Source: Camelus dromedarius (lineage: Eukaryota). Taken from it: DNA of 64,000 bases. This document shows, piece after piece, positions 63,241 through 64,000 of this stretch (position 1 is the stretch's first letter; the number at the start of each line of letters is the position of its first letter). The DNA lies in the NCBI RefSeq assembly GCF_036321535.1, contig NC_087436.1, positions 59,832,001 to 59,896,000 on the forward strand. The letters run 5' to 3'. Made by a program: the position numbers and the translations under genes. The notes beneath the pieces are model-generated. The model had not been told where the DNA came from, searched no databases, and worked only from the letters and a program-made list of their open reading frames with translations.

Positions 63241-63927
63241 ATCATTAATACTAATAATCAGAAGTTCAGTTAGAATTAGTCTGCTACAGGGATGTGTATA
63301 GATATAGAAATAGGCCAGATAAACCATGGCTTTGTCATTAACATTATTAGTCAAATACCTGTGTTACTTCAATGGCTATTTTTGACACATGTCTATGTTT
63401 TATTAGTCAGCACAAAATGGAAGAAAAGTCATTCACTAAAGGAACAATATATTGAAAATATATGATGATATGTATGTTTTTAAATTCAAGTAATACAGTT
63501 GCTTATGGTAACTCTTGATATAACATTAATTAATCAAGTTTAAAAGAATAAAAAAGCATTTTAGATTATGCTGACACAGTTGCTTTCATGTGAGCAATTA
63601 AAGAAACATGTTTTAAAAGTCTTTCTTGTCATTTTGGCTGTTTTGTTTTCTATATCAAGGCAGTCTGTATTTAATAATCAATTTGTAAATTAATCACGGT
63701 TCAATCACAATGTTATATGAGTTATTGATAGTTTTACTGTACTTTGAGGATTTTGTCTGAAAGAATCTGTTTATAATCTGTTTTACAGTTTATATTTTTA
63801 AAAAGCTTAAAATATATAGTTTTGAGCATAGTTCCACTTAACTAGATCATTTTTAGTTTTTATATTAAAATCTGTTATTAAATACCATGGATCATGGCAT
63901 ATTTCCTCGGTTGAATTTACAATAAAC

Positions 63928-64000
63928 ATATTTGCTTTCTATGGCTGCAAAACAAGTTACCACAAATTCAGTGCTTTAAAACAATGTCCATTTTTGTAGC
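63928..64000 (-). mobile_element. Start of another MLT1 LTR, cut by the window end
   Basis: tttctatggctgcaaaacaagttaccacaaattcagtgctttaaaacaa, similar to 62040-62100. Confidence 0.7.

Larger units (their letters stand above)
22169..64000 (-). other. CCSER1: Intron of CCSER1 upstream of the exon (continues past the window end)
   Basis: Ends with the AG acceptor at 22170-22169. No other exon-like ORF is recognisable over more than 41 kb. Confidence 0.8.

Noticed and set aside
1..64000. A novel multi-gene, prokaryote-style or defence system; CRISPR array
   Set aside because: The DNA is mammalian intron. There are no long ORFs, operon structure or regularly spaced repeat-spacer units.

Overview
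AT-rich, CpG-poor mammalian genomic DNA. It is probably camelid, judging from a tRNA-derived SINE at 2922 and the young L1 3' ends; I saw no Alu, B1/B2, Bov-tA/BovB, PRE1 or Can-SINE sequence. The only protein-coding feature I can support is one 208-bp internal exon on the minus strand (22168->21961, canonical AG/GT ends), which I recognise as CCSER1 (FAM190A). The rest is two very long introns filled with interspersed repeats: L1 of several ages, L2, MIR, MaLR/ERVL/ERV1-type solo LTRs, and Tigger and hAT MITEs. Repeat family names come from remembered consensus sequences, not from a search. I found no new multi-gene system, CRISPR array or functional RNA gene. The points most worth checking are a 46-bp locally templated insertion at an L1 breakpoint, a three-layer MER3/L1/L1 nest, several lineage-specific solo LTRs (one in sense orientation about 4.9 kb upstream of the exon), a roughly 50-bp L1 insertion with TSDs, and a MITE with an internal hairpin.
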